Shown in pieces: positions 1-15,000 of a DNA stretch of 64,000 bases. Below the pieces are notes generated by a model. That model was not told the origin of the DNA. It saw only the letters and a list, made by a program, of their open reading frames with translations, and made no database searches. The translations under genes and the position numbers were made by a program. Within the stretch, counting starts at the first letter, position 1. The number at the start of each line of letters is the position of its first letter. The DNA is taken from assembly GCA_964035545.1 (NCBI GenBank), contig OZ037766.1:8298722-8362721 (forward strand), in the 5' to 3' direction. The DNA is from Bugula neritina (lineage: Eukaryota > Animalia > Bryozoa).

Positions 1-465
1 GAATTTTAAGGACTAGAAACATCTTAGCCAACTGAAACAAATAGATAATATTTTCACACTAACCACTTGCCATCAAACACTTTATGTTTTCAAGATGATA
101 TTAAACCAAACATAGTAGTGGCACTTGATAAATATTACAAAATACCTTCTCAAGTAATTATAATATTTACATTGGTTTACATGGTTTACCTTCTCCAAGC
201 TGCCTTCTTTTCACAAGGTTTTGTTACCCTTGGGAAAGGATATGACTAGTTCAAAGTCACAGAATTGACATCTGCATTCCCTTATATTACTGATTTGAAC
301 ACAGAATTCCAAATGTGAAAACAGCTGCGTTTAGAAATAATGTAGCTGTTATAAGGAAATGGTTTATTTAGAAATTTAAGGGGGCAACTTACTTATTTTA
401 TATCAAATGCTGAACATTACAATATTATAATTCATTTATGTTATTCAGGTTGTATGATTTTGTAG

Positions 466-3400
466 TTGTATTTATATGGTGGGACAACTGATGATTCGCC
501 CACAGCTGCCTTAGCTTCCTACCATACTGTGTCTTCAACATGGGAGGCGTTACCACCAGGTCCCGTCGCGGTCACTGGGCACACTGCCCACATCATAAAC
601 AACAAGCTCTACGTCTTCTTTGGCCAGAGTGCAATATACAGCTTCATACACTATATACAAGTCTATGATATTGGTATGTTGTTATCTCCTATATACAGGA
701 TAGAAAATATTAGAGTATTCTCTTTTAATTAGAAGATTCACAATTTTATAGTTTGCTCATGTGACATATCTTATATTCAATTTTTTTGGAGATGCAGTTT
801 AAACTTTGAAGAGTCTGGCGTCATATTATACTCCTTTTTCACATTATAATGTATAACATTTAATTAATATAAGAGTAAATAGACCATATTATAGTCCTAT
901 ACTCTTGTATAAATTTATTGTATGACATTCTTATAGCTGTAATCTGTTTAGTTCCATGCAAATTAATGTTCTCGGTATTGTACTATGTTGTATCTTGATT
1001 AGATAAGTCCAGTTGGAGTATAGAGAGAACATCCGGTGTTCTCGTGCCTGGAAGGTATGGACACAGTAGTGTTTATGATCCCCATAGCCGATCTGTGTTC
1101 ATATTTGGTGGATATCACAGCAGTCACAAGCCAGGCTCTTACAAACTCTCTCATTCTTTGTATAAATATATGGTTGATGCATCTATATGGTAAGTATTTT
1201 AGATTGTTAATATGCACATTTCAACATTATCGTACACCAAATAAAGATATTATAATTGTTACCTCTGTAAAAGGGTTTGTCACTATTATAAAGTAATATT
1301 AATATTCTATTTTATAAATTTAAAGCTTTTGCAATTTCAACATTTTCTCCGATAATTTTCAAACTAGACGGCGTTTTCTATTGCGAGTAAATCAGTTTAT
1401 TTGGAAAGTAATTTTCAAAGTTGTAATAGGCAAGATTTTTATGATACTTGTTTTTGAGTTTTGTAATATCTACAAGAAATACAGATTTGCCATCTGTTTC
1501 TAAGTTTCAAGTTTCACCAATGCAAATGATGTGTTGCAACTTCATTACTTATTGGAATTTATAATTTTTCAGTTATGGAAATTATATTATGCTCAAGTCA
1601 ACACACCCAGTTTTAATTATACTGCCTTTTCACTTAGTCAATTAATCTCCTGCACATGTACCTATTAGCATAATATAGTAGGAGTACCATGTACCATGTA
1701 CCATTGTATATGCAGGGTGGGTCTGTCTCCGGCACATAGACCCTCGTTCCTTCACTCTATGACACTCCTGCCCCAAGGCTATCTGTTGGTGTCTGGCGGT
1801 AACTCTCACAATGACACTGTGGGTAGTTCAGGATCGCAGTGTTACTCTAGTACTCTGCTTGTATATAATATGTGTGAGTTTGTTATTATGTCTATATGTG
1901 TACACCCTATCTACCCCATAATTCATTTCTTCTGTCAGTTGATGTAATTTACTTTAGCTGAAGCTGCAAGTGATGGTGATGGTAGAAGTGTTCATAGCAC
2001 TTGCGGGCCAAATTCTCTCTAATAAATCTGTCTTTGAACTTAGTTTCACCGTTCTTCGTAGAGTTTTGAAAGCAAGTTCCCCACAACTTTTGCGAAATGA
2101 ACTGTTCACCAATTGAAAATGAGATTACCATAACATAGATAATGTATTACGCGTCAATCTATTCTTAAGACAAAGTAGATGTTCTTACAATCTTGCATGT
2201 GTTTGCAACAGGTTGTGATGAATGGATTGATATAGATATTAGTGAGTCTACAGACACCAAAGTGAAACGATTTGGACACGTCATGTACCAACACAATGAG
2301 TATGAAGTATTTCCACAAATATAATTCTCCCCGTATCTGCTATCTACCTGTCTAACACTCTACCTGTGTAATACTCTACCCTGTAACACTCTACCTGTGT
2401 GTCCAACCTACTCACCTAAGCACTTTCCTACCTGCCAACCCAAGTACTTTCTTATTTTGATATTTGCTTGTAATCTAACATATCTCCTCAATTCTCTGTC
2501 TACCTGATTCTGTTACTACTCAAGCATTTACCTCACTTACTATCTAACCTACCTTGGCGTTTACCTCACTTACTATTTAACTTACCTTGATATTTACCCA
2601 ACCAACCTACCTTAGTTTCCACTTGACTGACTATATAATATGTACCTGAACTTCTAGTTTACTCAACAACTTGACATAAGTTTTATTAATGTTTGTCTTT
2701 ATATCCAGTCATTGTCCTTCTTTTATCAATAATTGCATAAGTATACAAGTATTTGATAGTTTACAAAGTCAATTTACTGATTTACTGAAACCTGTTAATA
2801 ACTCATATCGTTATTGCTGTAGTTCCATCTATATATACGGCGGGTTCAACGGTGTCATGCTGAGTGACACAATCAAGCTGCATATTCCGGAATGCTCTCA
2901 GTTTATCACTATGGAAGCCTGTGAAACCGGTGGCTCCTTCTCCTCCAACACCAGTCTGAACTTTAACCTTTGTGAGTGGAACTCTCAAACAGGTGAGTCA
3001 GAATCAATCATCCGCTTCCTTATAAGTTGTGGCGTAACTCTTCAATATTTTAATTTCAAGCTATGCAATGGCCATTATATAACTAGGAAAACTAGGTCAC
3101 CTCTGGTGTAGAATTATAACCTTAGTAAACTTAGTGTGAAACTTGACTTAGGTGAGTACGTTTGTTTAGCTACAGAGGCTGTAGTTGTTTCCTACAGCAG
3201 AAGTTACAAGATTGAAAACGGTGACCATATATGTTGTATTGTGGCATACTGTAGCTGATAATATTGTTGCTACATCCGTGAACTGAGGCAAAGCTTAGAG
3301 TTGGTAGTGTAAGACTGGATATCTACAGTCAAGAGTTAAAATAAACATTATAATCTAAGTCTTGAGTGGCAATAAATTTACCCGTAATAGAGCCTGGCAT

Positions 3401-6400
3401 GTAGTTAAGTTTGATAGGTAGATGGAACTTGCGTAACAAGTTTGCAGCAATAAAAGTAATATTATGTGCAACAGATTAATAATTTCTGGAGCCCCGATAA
3501 CCATGTGGAGAAAGTTTACTATTCATAAAAAACAATCATTAATTGTTGAGTTACAAGGTATATATTATATTGTGTTCGTCAGTGGCCGGCAACAATTTCG
3601 TTTGAAATTTTTTTAAAATCAAGTTATTTTCCAAAGATTAGTATTGATTGCTGCGTCAACATTTAAAACTGCAAACGTTTTATTTAAATTTTTGTTGAAA
3701 CTTAGAGCTTTTTGGCTAAAGCAAGCAATAGGCCATTATCTGGGACGAAATATCTGAGTATTTATATAAAGTGCACACATAGGCAAAGATGTTAGGAAGT
3801 TGGTGAAGCTGCATTGTATTATATCAATGGTGTTTCATGTAGGTTGTAAGGCAGCGGACTTGACAGCATCATGCAGTCCATTATCATGTCAGAAGACTGA
3901 AGCTGAAGAGAGGAAAAGATGTAATCAGTTTACTGACTGTCAGTCATGTACCGTCAGTGACCGGTGTTACTACAAGGCTCAGTCATCTGAGTACTGTGGA
4001 CTTGTGCCACCCACTCATTCTGTGGTAAACATTTTTACTTGACATTCAAATGAAAACATGTTTCATGTTATTTGTTACAGTTGTACAGATATTTGTAACA
4101 AATTCCAGAGGTTAAGTCACTGTCTGAACACTTGGATATGATCTCTTCTCACCTTAGTAGTTCACACATTGTCAAAGTCAATCTATGACATATACATGTG
4201 TGCAACCACTCCAAGCCCTGCTACCTGCTTCAATACACACAAGTGTTATTTTACAATACCAAGCCCTGCTACCTGCTTCAATACACACAAGTGTTACGTT
4301 ACAATACCAAGCCCTGCTACCTGCTTCAATATACACAAGTGTTACGTTACAATACCAAGCCCTGCTACCTGCTTCAATACACACAAGTGTTATGTTACAG
4401 CACCCTGATTTCCAAGACCCTGACAACTGCCCCAACTACACCTGCTCCGTGTATAAGAATTGTGACTTGTGTTCCAACCACTCGGACTGCATTTGGTCTA
4501 AGGCCAACAACAGATGTCTCCTTAAACAGAAATACTCATATGTTATCAGTGAGTGTATAAGCGTACCAAAAGTATTCTTTTTATAGTAATACTGAGTCGT
4601 AGTTACTAATAATAATACTAATTTCGTAAAACAATGATTAATGGGTGAATAAGTGTTGCGCTTTTGGTATTGCAACATGTTGAGTGTGAAGATATTTTAA
4701 TAGGAAAAACCTTGTCATGTTAGAATTAAAAAAGTTTTTCAGTAACTGATGTCTTCATTGAGAAACAGTGTGTTAGAAAGTTGTGGTGATATTATAAAGG
4801 TTTAGAGGATCGGGTCTGTCCTGCTGCTTGCCACACTCATGACTCATGCAAGTCGTGTGCTGACAACAACTGCCTGTGGTGTGAGAGTCAGTCTCAGTGT
4901 ATAGACAGTAACTCATATCTCAGCAACTATGTGTACGGACAGTGCCTCGAGTGGACTACCTCAGTCAGTCATTGCGAAAGTGAGTATCCCATTGCATTCA
5001 GGAGTTGTCGTTCTTGCTCTATTTGCTGGCCTCATTATTGCACAAGAGTAATTTCTGCACAGTCATCAATAACGTCCGAGTGTCTTGTGATTTAAGTCTG
5101 CCAGACTATCATTTCTTCATTTGTCTAATCTGTTGGTCATGGAATAGTGTTTGAAAGCTGAAGTAGTGAATAAATCTGTCACTAGCTCTAACTGGTTGTT
5201 GCGAACAAATTGCTGATTCATTTGCTCTCATCCATCTATTCTTTTACAAAACTTCAGTCAGCCATACACATTTTATTCATATGTAATTGTTTAGTTGTTA
5301 TAGTATTGTATTTGTGTAGAATGTAAAGTGTTGAGTAAGGTGTGTAATGGAATCTATATGTATACTCATTACTATGCATTTATGTTTATTGATAGCATAG
5401 AGTGTGTAGAATATCTTGTGTAATGCATACAGAGTATGTCAGTTTAAGTTGCCTACAATGATGGCTCATTTAATTGCTGAGAGCCCAGAAAGATGTTTTC
5501 ATAAATTTTCTTTTACAAAATGTCTATAACTCTAAATTTTATAACGAAAGTCTGTATGTTCAATTATACATTATGACCTGTGCAATTATGTAACCTGTGT
5601 GTACTGTGTAGGTGTGGCATGCTCAGAGATCAAGGACTGTTCCAGCTGCCAGAGGAATGCTATGTGTGGCTGGTGCAACAACCAATCAAATACAGGTATA
5701 AACCTGCTTGTTTACTGCGTAGTTGTTTATTAAAGTGTTTATAAAGACTCTTCATATCTCCTCTTTTTCTTCAGTGTTTTAATATATGGAGCATTCAAAA
5801 CTCTTCTCAAAAGTTATAGAATTTATTAGCTCATTAATGTCTCTTGTTACCAAGGGATTTAGTAGAGAATGTAGCAAGCTAGATATGTAGCCTAGCTATA
5901 TAACTGGCAAGTGCAGGTAAGACAATCTAGTTGGCACCAATTTATCATTTCTAGTGTATTTCCTGTTTTATCTTTTTACTTAAAGATTATCAAGCTGTGA
6001 ATAATAACTTTATCATTACACATGACAATGGACACTAAAAATATTCATTTTTTTGCTTTTGTTACAAATTATAATGCATACTGAAGTCCACTGTTACATG
6101 GCTTACCTTCTAGTTGTTCCTATTTTTTATTGTTGATTGATTTTACCATGGTGATGATGAGGTATAGCAATGGTAGTCCCACTAACAGGCCTCTAAATGA
6201 TTTATCTTTTTGGTCTATGCTTATCTGCATGAGATATAACTATGGTTGACTGTGATATAGGCTCGGATATCTTTTTATTGTTTGTTTCCTGTTATTCAAT
6301 TCTGTGATGAAACGAAATCAATAAACTCCATGTTTGAGGGAAATTTTCCAAGCATTAGCTGTGAATTTCACATAAGTTTGTCATGCAGATGCTTTTAGAT

Positions 6401-9400
6401 GCTTTCTTTATCCTTTACAGTCTCTTACATGACTTTTGTTTATAGTAATTTCAAGTATGAACTGCCTTAATATTGAAACATTTTATGTGATTTAAGAGGC
6501 GTTACACCAGTCTGTTATATGGTAAAGTGTAATGTTGGTTGTGTTGTGGCCATAGGTGAGGGGACATGTATGCGAGGAGGACTCGAAGCTGACTTAGAAT
6601 CCTCGTGTCAAAGTAACGACACTTGGCACTTTACTTCCTGTCCTGGTAAGGAGTTGTTTCTCTCTACTATATAAGCTCCCTTTAATTTTACTACTTCTAA
6701 AGTGTAAATGTTTAGCTCTGTTATTTACACAGAGTCTGGTGAGCAGTAATTTACATAATGCTGAGGTTATTTACTATTACTAAATAAAAGATTAAACTGT
6801 TAACTTGCCTATTATATTGATGATTAGTAGGCCTATAAACTTGAGCTAACAACAAATGAAGTTTATTATTAGTAGTAGTTTAGTAGAAATATACTTGAAA
6901 GTATTTATCTGCTACTAAGTTCACTGTACTGAGTGATTATGGTTATAGCTTGCCAGTGTAACGGTCATAGCCAGTGCGATGATAACAATCAGTGTATATT
7001 CTGTGAACATAACACAACTGGAAACAAGTGTGAGACCTGTAAACCCGGCTACTTTGGCGACCCCAGCAACAGTGGAACTTGTCAACGTAAGTAATTAATT
7101 ATACGTAAGTTCTTAGAATGATACCAGCAAGTTGGTGTGGGAAATTCGGGCAACCAATTCAAATGATTAATTTGCATAATTAATCAGCACTTTTTAATTG
7201 TATGCTATACAGCAGTAATATATAGAAGATAACTCCAATGTTTGTGCATGATGAGTCAATCTCTGAGTGTAGTATTGTTCTCAATTTCTTCCAAGCTGAT
7301 TTTCAATTTTTTTTGTACATTTTAATTACCTTCTGAATGTTTTGCTTGGTCCACATGTATAACTTCAGCTCCAATTATCAACAAAATTTATAAACAAAGT
7401 TAAGATAAATTGTGACAATCCCTCACGTATAGATCTTCAGGGAAGAAGGAAATAGTATGCCTAGGTGTAGGGCAGTTCGCACATTCTTCCTGTGATGAGG
7501 AAACTCAACTGTACTCGTGTTTTCAATGTTTTCACTATTTTTCAGTGTTGATGTTAAATAAGTTTTTACTCTAGTTGTATTGTTGCTTCTCTCTTATTTA
7601 CAACAAGATATCAGCTTTCATCAAAGTAACCAGCATATTAAATGTAAAGGATGTGTGGGTTATTCTAGCAGGAGGGAATAACTCATAGTTTCAAACTTTA
7701 TAACTTTAGCAAAGTTTTAGTATTGAGATAAGATTTAATTTGAGATTTAACTTGAGATAAGCTATAATTTCACATTTCAAAGAAGTTGAGACCCAGCAAA
7801 TAGCATAGAGGTTGTTTATTGTATAATTTTGTACAAATGACTTGACTTGTTTTATTTATGATGTGAAAAAGTGTGTATCTGAGGCAGATGTAATATGAGT
7901 GACATATATATTTCAGTTGTGATATTTTAGACTATGCTTTTACTTAACTTTGTATTCAGCATACTTTATGTACATTGTTATGAGGTGCTATTCTGTATGA
8001 GCAGTAGATATGCTAGATATAATCTCATACATACACGACTATGTTATGATGATGCAGGTTGTGAGTGTGATGCCGTGGCTGATGCCTGCGATGATAAAAC
8101 AGGTGCTTGTTTCTGCAGAGTTCAAGGGTCAACTGGCGACAGCTGCCAAGAGTAAGCATTTCTTATTCACTTTTTACAGTATCACCTTTATACAGTCATT
8201 TTACTGTATTCATTTAAGTACAATTTATTTACACATTAAATATATTTCTTGCTAATGATATTTTCTAACAGAAAATGTGAGCTCAGGTGCTGATTAGTTT
8301 GTCTCATTTTGAGTTGCCTTTGACTTCACCAGTGCGTGTAGTAACAGCACTATCTACAGCTCTGAGTATATTTCATTTCTATTTTAGATGTGATATAAAC
8401 AAACAATACCTTAAAGATACTATCAACAATCAACAATGTTATTGTAAGTTGGTATTCTCTTCATTGCATTATTATATAATTACGAGTATAAATGCTGAAA
8501 TACTAAAGCTGAATTGATGGATGTCCTGATTTTGTTTTAACTTGAAAGCGTTGATGTTTTTCTTTTGTTTTATCATTTTGTTTATGTTATTCCATAGACC
8601 TGCTGGGAGTTGACTTTAAATACACATTTAATTTCTCCAAAGCCGAAGACAAACATGTATCAGTGATAAATTTGCAAGCTATTCCTAAGCGTAGCGATGT
8701 AGATGTGCGGTTGACTCTCTACTGCAAAAGCTTGGCTTACATTAATTTGACAGTCTATAGTGGTAAGTGCAGTTTATATACTAACTAGAAGATCTACAGT
8801 TACTTTCTTGATCCTTGGTGTATAAAGTTTGATTGTAGTGTAGCAATGCTTGGCGATCTTTTAGAATTCACATTCCTATTTATATAATGATTATTATTTT
8901 GCAAATAATTTGTGCAATTAGTTGTTTTATGCCAAGTCTCAAAAACTACTTTTTTTTTAAAATTTTTAGGCTCGTCCAACTATGAAAATATACTTGATGG
9001 CGTTTCTTGCTATGCGGAAGAAAGGGAATTCAAAATCAGCCACAAGCAGTATAACTTAGATGATGCCGAGAATGCAACAATGCTACTCACACTCACCGAG
9101 TTTAGCACACCTTTTGTGTTTCAGGTATGACATCTACATGCAGTTCTATACTAAAATAGCTTTTTGATCTTTTAGTTTAATAATCTAAAAGAATGTCAAT
9201 TTAAAGAATTATTTATTTATTAAACTTGAGTTATATAATATACTCATTGCCTTGTTAACATTTCTACATTTTATGGTTATGCTCTGTGTTTAATGTGTTT
9301 AAGACTTTCACTTGTATACACTTCATAACCATATCATATTTTATCCTCGCTATTTTACTGCATGTTATGGAACTGAGTTTGTTTAAAAAGGTCTTAACTT

Positions 9401-11284
9401 TTCATATCTGTTAGAAATTAGAAACTTTCAACCCTTTCTTGAGATATGTATTGGATGCTTGCTAGTTAAACATATTATATTCTATTTACTTGTAGGTTTC
9501 CTTTATTCAACAGGGAAAACTTAACTTGTACAAATTCTTCCTCATTTTCTTTGGTTGCTTTCTGGCATTGTTGATATTAGCCGGTGTGGTTTGGAAAGCT
9601 AGAGCTCGATATGCCATAACTGAGCGTAGAAATGTGAGTGTCAATCTACTGCTTGTTCTAGCAGGTCTATTAGCATAGCTACTTGCACTGTTTGCCATTT
9701 TCGCCAAATATGGTAAAATGTAAAAAGCTTATCAGCATATGATTTTTCATCATTTATCTTTTCACATGGATAATTAGTAGCTATAATGTGTTGTCATTGA
9801 AATGATATGAAATGTTTTACATAGTACTTGTTGGTACAAAATAATAATCTTGTGAGTTGAAAAGCAGACATTTATTATTGGCAGAGCTTATTATAAATGA
9901 TTACGCTATGATCATTGCATAACTTGCAACTTTCAGTTATATTGACAAATAATTATATTAATAAAACTACAATATATAGCAACAATAAACTTTGTAATTT
10001 GTTAGACATTATATATTCATATATGTGTATATATATCAGGCTGTATTGTTCAGTTTACAGAAGTAAATATGATTATGAAATAACTAAATGTTTGAATCAA
10101 CTGCAGATTTTCAGGAAGTTTATTATCATTTATATTCACTTTACAGCAAGAGAGACAAGAGCGGCAGGCAATGGCTAAACGGCCATTTGCTAGCATTTTA
10201 CTCTTAGCTGAAGATTTGAGCAGGTGTTGCGAGGAGAGTTCTTCTATGCAAGTGAATCACAAACCTCACACGACTCGCCAGTTTTCCTCCACGTCTGAGC
10301 CAATGGCGGTCTTGCAAAGAACTTTTAGTAAAAGAATTAAAAATAGACAAGGCTATTCATCTCGTGCATTGGTTAGTAGAACTACTTAGATTGATCAATA
10401 AATACTTTGAAATTTTGTGAGTTAACTATCAATGTTAGCCTGCCATTACAATTTAATGTATCACAGTTGTGAGGTGTCATATTGTAAGTTCTGACTATTG
10501 GTGTAAGTGTATAGACATGCACTAGTGTATGTGTACACTGTAGATGTATTGGTGTGAGTGCATGTATGTATTAGTGTATTGGTGTATATGTATACATGTA
10601 TTGGTGCTAGGGCAAGTGTAGAAATATACTAGTATTAATGTATTTTTCTTGTAAGTGTATGCACTGCTATAAGCCTAAGTTCTATCCTTTTAGGCACCAT
10701 CTATAGGATTAGAGCCTTTAGCTACTTGTCGAGGTGCTGCCGTATCTAGCATCATATTCAGGTTACCAACTGGAGAGGCAAACATTCCCAATTATGGCTG
10801 TAGTGGGCTGGCTATTGGCTCAACACTCGTGAGCATACGTAAGTTTTGGTTTTGCTTTTTGAACATGCTTATTGTGTTGAGAGACGTTTCTTCACGGGCC
10901 TATAATAAATTACTGCATTCACCACAAAATAAATGAAATTTACCTCCGTTGTAAGATTCTCTTTGAAATTTATTTCAGGGCGTGTTTTTATAACCTCAAA
11001 GCTTCTTTTGTTATAGCTGTTGCCAACACATCCAATCACACAGTATCCAAAGTTAGCTATAAGCAAGGAAAAGTCACTTTCAAATATCCCTGAAAAATTC
11101 TGGGAAGACTTTCTGCCCATCTATAAGTTCTGTGATATGTAAATGCTATTAGCACCGGTCTATTACCTATTTTTCAAGGTTTTTCATACGCAACTCATTG
11201 TTTTCTCAATTATTATTTTAAAGTTGTATTTTTATTTAATTTTGTGCTTCAAATTACTAATATTCAGATGACTCGCCCATCTGA
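466..11284 (+). CDS. ATRN: Attractin / attractin-like protein, 3' part (5' exons lie upstream of window); about 19 exons
   Basis: Spliced exons (approx. 466-673, 1003-1189, 1716-1873, 2212-2298, 2823-2992, 3843-4025, 4401-4548, 4806-4979, 5612-5695, 6555-6645, 6949-7086, 8058-8151, 8388-8443, 8597-8762, 8970-9124, 9496-9633, 10147-10371, 10694-10838, 11268-11284). They give kelch repeats (LYGG, GRYGHS, GGNSHNDTVGSSGSQCYSS, IYGGFNGVMLSD), PSI domains (CLWCESQSQCIDSNSY, CGWCNNQSNTG), laminin-EGF domains (CQCNGHSQC, CKPGYFGDP), a TM helix (FFLIFFGCFLALLILAGVVWK) and the attractin tail (MAKRPFAS...LEPLATCRGAAVSSIIFRLP...SGLAIGSTLVSI). The last exon is uncertain. Confidence 0.92.
2335..2635. repeat. 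Degenerate CTACCT-rich low-complexity tract in attractin intron
   Basis: Many ctacct/ttacct units plus short duplications (aacactctacctgtgt; atttacctcacttactat x2). Confidence 0.65.
4211..4400 (+). repeat. 48-bp minisatellite, about 4 copies, ending at an attractin splice acceptor
   Basis: Unit ccaagccctgctacctgcttcaatacacacaagtgttacgttacaata repeated. The last copy ends ttacAG, immediately before exon 4401. Confidence 0.95.
10495..10660. repeat. Degenerate (TG/TGTAT)-rich low-complexity tract in attractin intron
   Basis: Repeated tattggtgt / tgtat(g) units. Confidence 0.6.
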
Positions 11285-12036
11285 ATCTACTTTTAACTAA
11301 GCACTAGGCATAGTTAGCCTTCACTCTTGTAACTTTACATTCCATAACCATTTAGCTGCTTATGCATTGGAACTCCACTATGCAGGCAAACGTTGAAACG
11401 CCATTTTATACTCAGTTTTTACCTTGTAAAGTATTTGATAAATTTGTATGCTGTGGTATATATGCAATATTAATGAAATTATTTAGCATTTTTGTGTGCT
11501 AATAAAAATACATTGCATAAAATTCTGTTTCAACTTTTCTAATGCAATTTATTGTGTAAAATATTGAAATACATCAGCATATAGAATTTAGTGCACGGAT
11601 TAAGTGTAGTATAAATACTGCAATAAAATAGTAAAATGGAATAGTAATAGAAAGTTTCAACATGCAACTAATTTTGACCTTTCACATCTTGAGTTCAAAG
11701 TGCTTCACTTACAGCAAAGCAGCTCTTCAACCAACTTTTTTTTTTATATTAGTACAAATATATACGTGCAAGATCTTTCAGTAATTTTTACAGCTATGTT
11801 TTTCTCAACAACTTGACTAATTAAGATTAAACCAACTTGTGCATAAAATTAAATAACAATGCATATGAAAATAAACAAATAGATAACATGTGAACAGACA
11901 TTATCTATATAATCTTTAACTGTAGGTTAAAGATCTCAAAAAATAAATACTAATTTCAACTTCCTGACAATTAACTGCCCACCAATTGAGATTGGCATAC
12001 ACTGTGTAGCAGTTATCTACCTTTGGTAGACCTTAT

Positions 12037-15000
12037 CTAGACGTTGGTGAATTTATTGATTTGATTTTGGTGACATGTAAAGACTCCAGGTCCATGTCTA
12101 TCAGACTCAATTATTACGCTGTCTACAATTGCTCCATTCTAAAACATCAAGTTCCTTTGTTACTAAATGAGATTTGGTTAAAAGATCAATACAATAAAAT
12201 TCATGAATGATCAATTTTTGTTTTCATGCATATAAAGCTTATTGCACACATCTAAAACGCATGCACCTAATTCTGTTTATGAAAGCAAATTTACCAACAA
12301 TAAATAAATTACCTTATCGTCGCTGATCTGCTGCAGGTACAGATGAGTTGCATTTATTGCTTTCAGCTTAGTATATCCATAATCTAGAACATTCTTAGCC
12401 ACCCATTTGGGTTGTGGCAAGAATGTGTCATGAAGCTCCTGACAGCCCTACATATAGAAAAGATACATCAACATGTATTAGCAGTACAAAGTCTCACCAA
12501 ACACAAGATTCAAATGACTTAATATATATGTTCAGGTATACTAAGTAAATTTTAGACAGTAACAGTAAGCAAGAAATGGCGTCAGTTCAGTTTTAACCTC
12601 CAAAACTGAAACCCACTCACCACATAACTATGTAAGCATACGGACAACATGTATTGTAGCAGATGATTGCAATATAATATGAATATTAACAGTAAATAAT
12701 CATTCTGTGAAATGAATTGTTGGAAAATATCTGTAAGAAATACTCACAGCAGATCCAGTGACAATGTGAACAGGTGCTGCAGGGTTCTTGTAAGGATATG
12801 CCTCGCTACCCTTACATATAGTGTAGTTATACATCGGGTACATTCGCTCATACTCGTGCTCATGAGCCCAGATCTCTAAATCCACTCCTTGCTCGTAAAA
12901 CAGCTGTTCCAGAGCAACCCTCACCTAAGACATAGCATGTGCTCACAATGATCCAAAGACAGTATCTTTTGGCATAACGATTCTAACATTACTCAACATT
13001 AAATATAAGTAATAGGCAGTAACTATTCAGAAAACATTTTTTCTTTTAAAATTTTCAGGTATGACAACTTCAATGCAAGGTTGGAAATACAGTGGTTGTC
13101 AATTGTAGAGTTGATGTGACACTTCTTAGAAAATGTAGACTAAACCATCAGAATGATGACTGAGTAGCTCAAACCTAACTAGTTAAAAGTTTTAAACACA
13201 TCTAGTACTCTAACTAGACTGATTGTCAGTGTAACTGCATCATCAAAAACACAAAAAGTCAACTAAACGGTACTTTATTTACCACAGCAAGATATTTTTT
13301 AGTAGAAGCCAACAAACCTTATCTCTGACTAGATCACAATCATCAGTATCCGCTATGGCACAATACATTGGACGGTGACCTAGGACAACAATCCAAGGGT
13401 ATCTTTCTCGGTTTTTAGGCTCATTAGCCTTCTGTGAACATAAAACAAAGATGCTTGTAAGTCATAAGTAGTTGTTTACAGCATTGGCAAATGTAGAGAG
13501 CATAGCTGAACAAAGTAAAACTTCTATATTGATAAGCACAATGTATAATCATATAAGCAACTGATAACTTCAGTATACATATTCATAGTGCAACATTTTC
13601 AGACACTACCAAATTCTGACTAAGCAAGAAAAAGATTGAATACATTTCATTTTTAACGCGAACAATAATAATGTTTGTTTTTCTCAACCTATAGCAGATA
13701 ATAAGCAATTGGCCCGTTTCAAAATTTGTCTATCTATCAAAGTTGTAGCTAATTCTACACTAAGGTTTAACCTCCAAATCTTTCTTAAGCCAGTTATACT
13801 GAGTCTCAATCTGAGCAGTTCCATACTGTGTGTAGTAAAACACTTCTGTACTGATAGACACAAAGTGTATTCTGCCCAAGTTGTAGCTGTAGAATATCCC
13901 CTGGTTGTCTCCTGGCATGCTGAACCTCTGCTTATAGTGACTGAAATTCCTAAAATATACAATACGATATGTAGCTATACAGTCACCCTCCCCCAATCTT
14001 TTCCATGTTGGGTATGCTTGCTAAATCAAGGATCTAATTACATTATTATAAATATACTGCAAAGAGTAAGAAATAAAGTATTACACTTATTATGTCTAAT
14101 TTTCGGAGGAAAAGTTGTCCAAAGGGTCGAAGGTTATAACACATATTTGATAAATATAAAACACAAGCAAATATATATTGTTGAGACAATGCCGCATGAT
14201 TATATTACTTTAATATATTAATATTAATATATTAATATGCCACCATTAGCTATTAACTTACATAGCATTCTCATGATTTCCCACAGTTGCCATGTATGGA
14301 ACATAACCAGCAATAGATTCAATTTGTTGCATAAATGCATCGCCCATGGCACCACCATTCTACAAACCAATTCACAGAATAATTGAACTGTGCATATAAC
14401 CGCCTATTTTTGGATGGGAGGCCTTTATAATCACTTATCCTACTAGACTTATTTATTTTATATGCTATTAAACACAATAGCTAATAGCACATTGGCAGAG
14501 CCTGTTGCTTTCATATCTTTTGAGCTGAAATACATCTTCAAATTAATCCAATTGTTTTTAAACAATCAACACTAAAAATGAGTTTAAAAAATGATTAAAT
14601 GAGCTCAAATTTGAAAGATTAGATTTTAGAGTTTGTACTATGAACTCAGCTAGCTGCCAAAAATTGTTACCAGAAAACCACAACAGAAGATAAGAGATAT
14701 TCCCTACTTGGTAGTTACAAGTCAATCTGTTATGCTCAAAACAAAGATTCTACTAGAAGTTAGGCTGTGACTGAAAAGCAGACATCATCAGTAAGCTATA
14801 CTTATAGAATAAGTTGAAGACAACATGTGTTAGTTAAATGTAGCTTTCATCTATAAAGTCTGAAGAGCATTTAAATTTCCAATATCTGATCACTCAATGC
14901 AAATTTCTTTACAAAATCAGACAAAACAGTCACAAATCAAGCTTCATATTTTGTCAACGAACTGATTAGCTGTGATTTTTTAATATTTTAATTTAGAGCA

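Noticed and set aside
4169-4586. Several overlapping repetitive ORFs in the ORF track
   Set aside because: They arise from a stop-free 48-bp intronic minisatellite; only ~4401-4548 is a real attractin exon.
466-11284. Calling the kelch/PSI/EGF gene MEGF8
   Set aside because: The GGNSHNDT...QCYSS motif, the domain order and the tail (LEP...AAV...RLP...SGLAIGS.LV.I) fit attractin.
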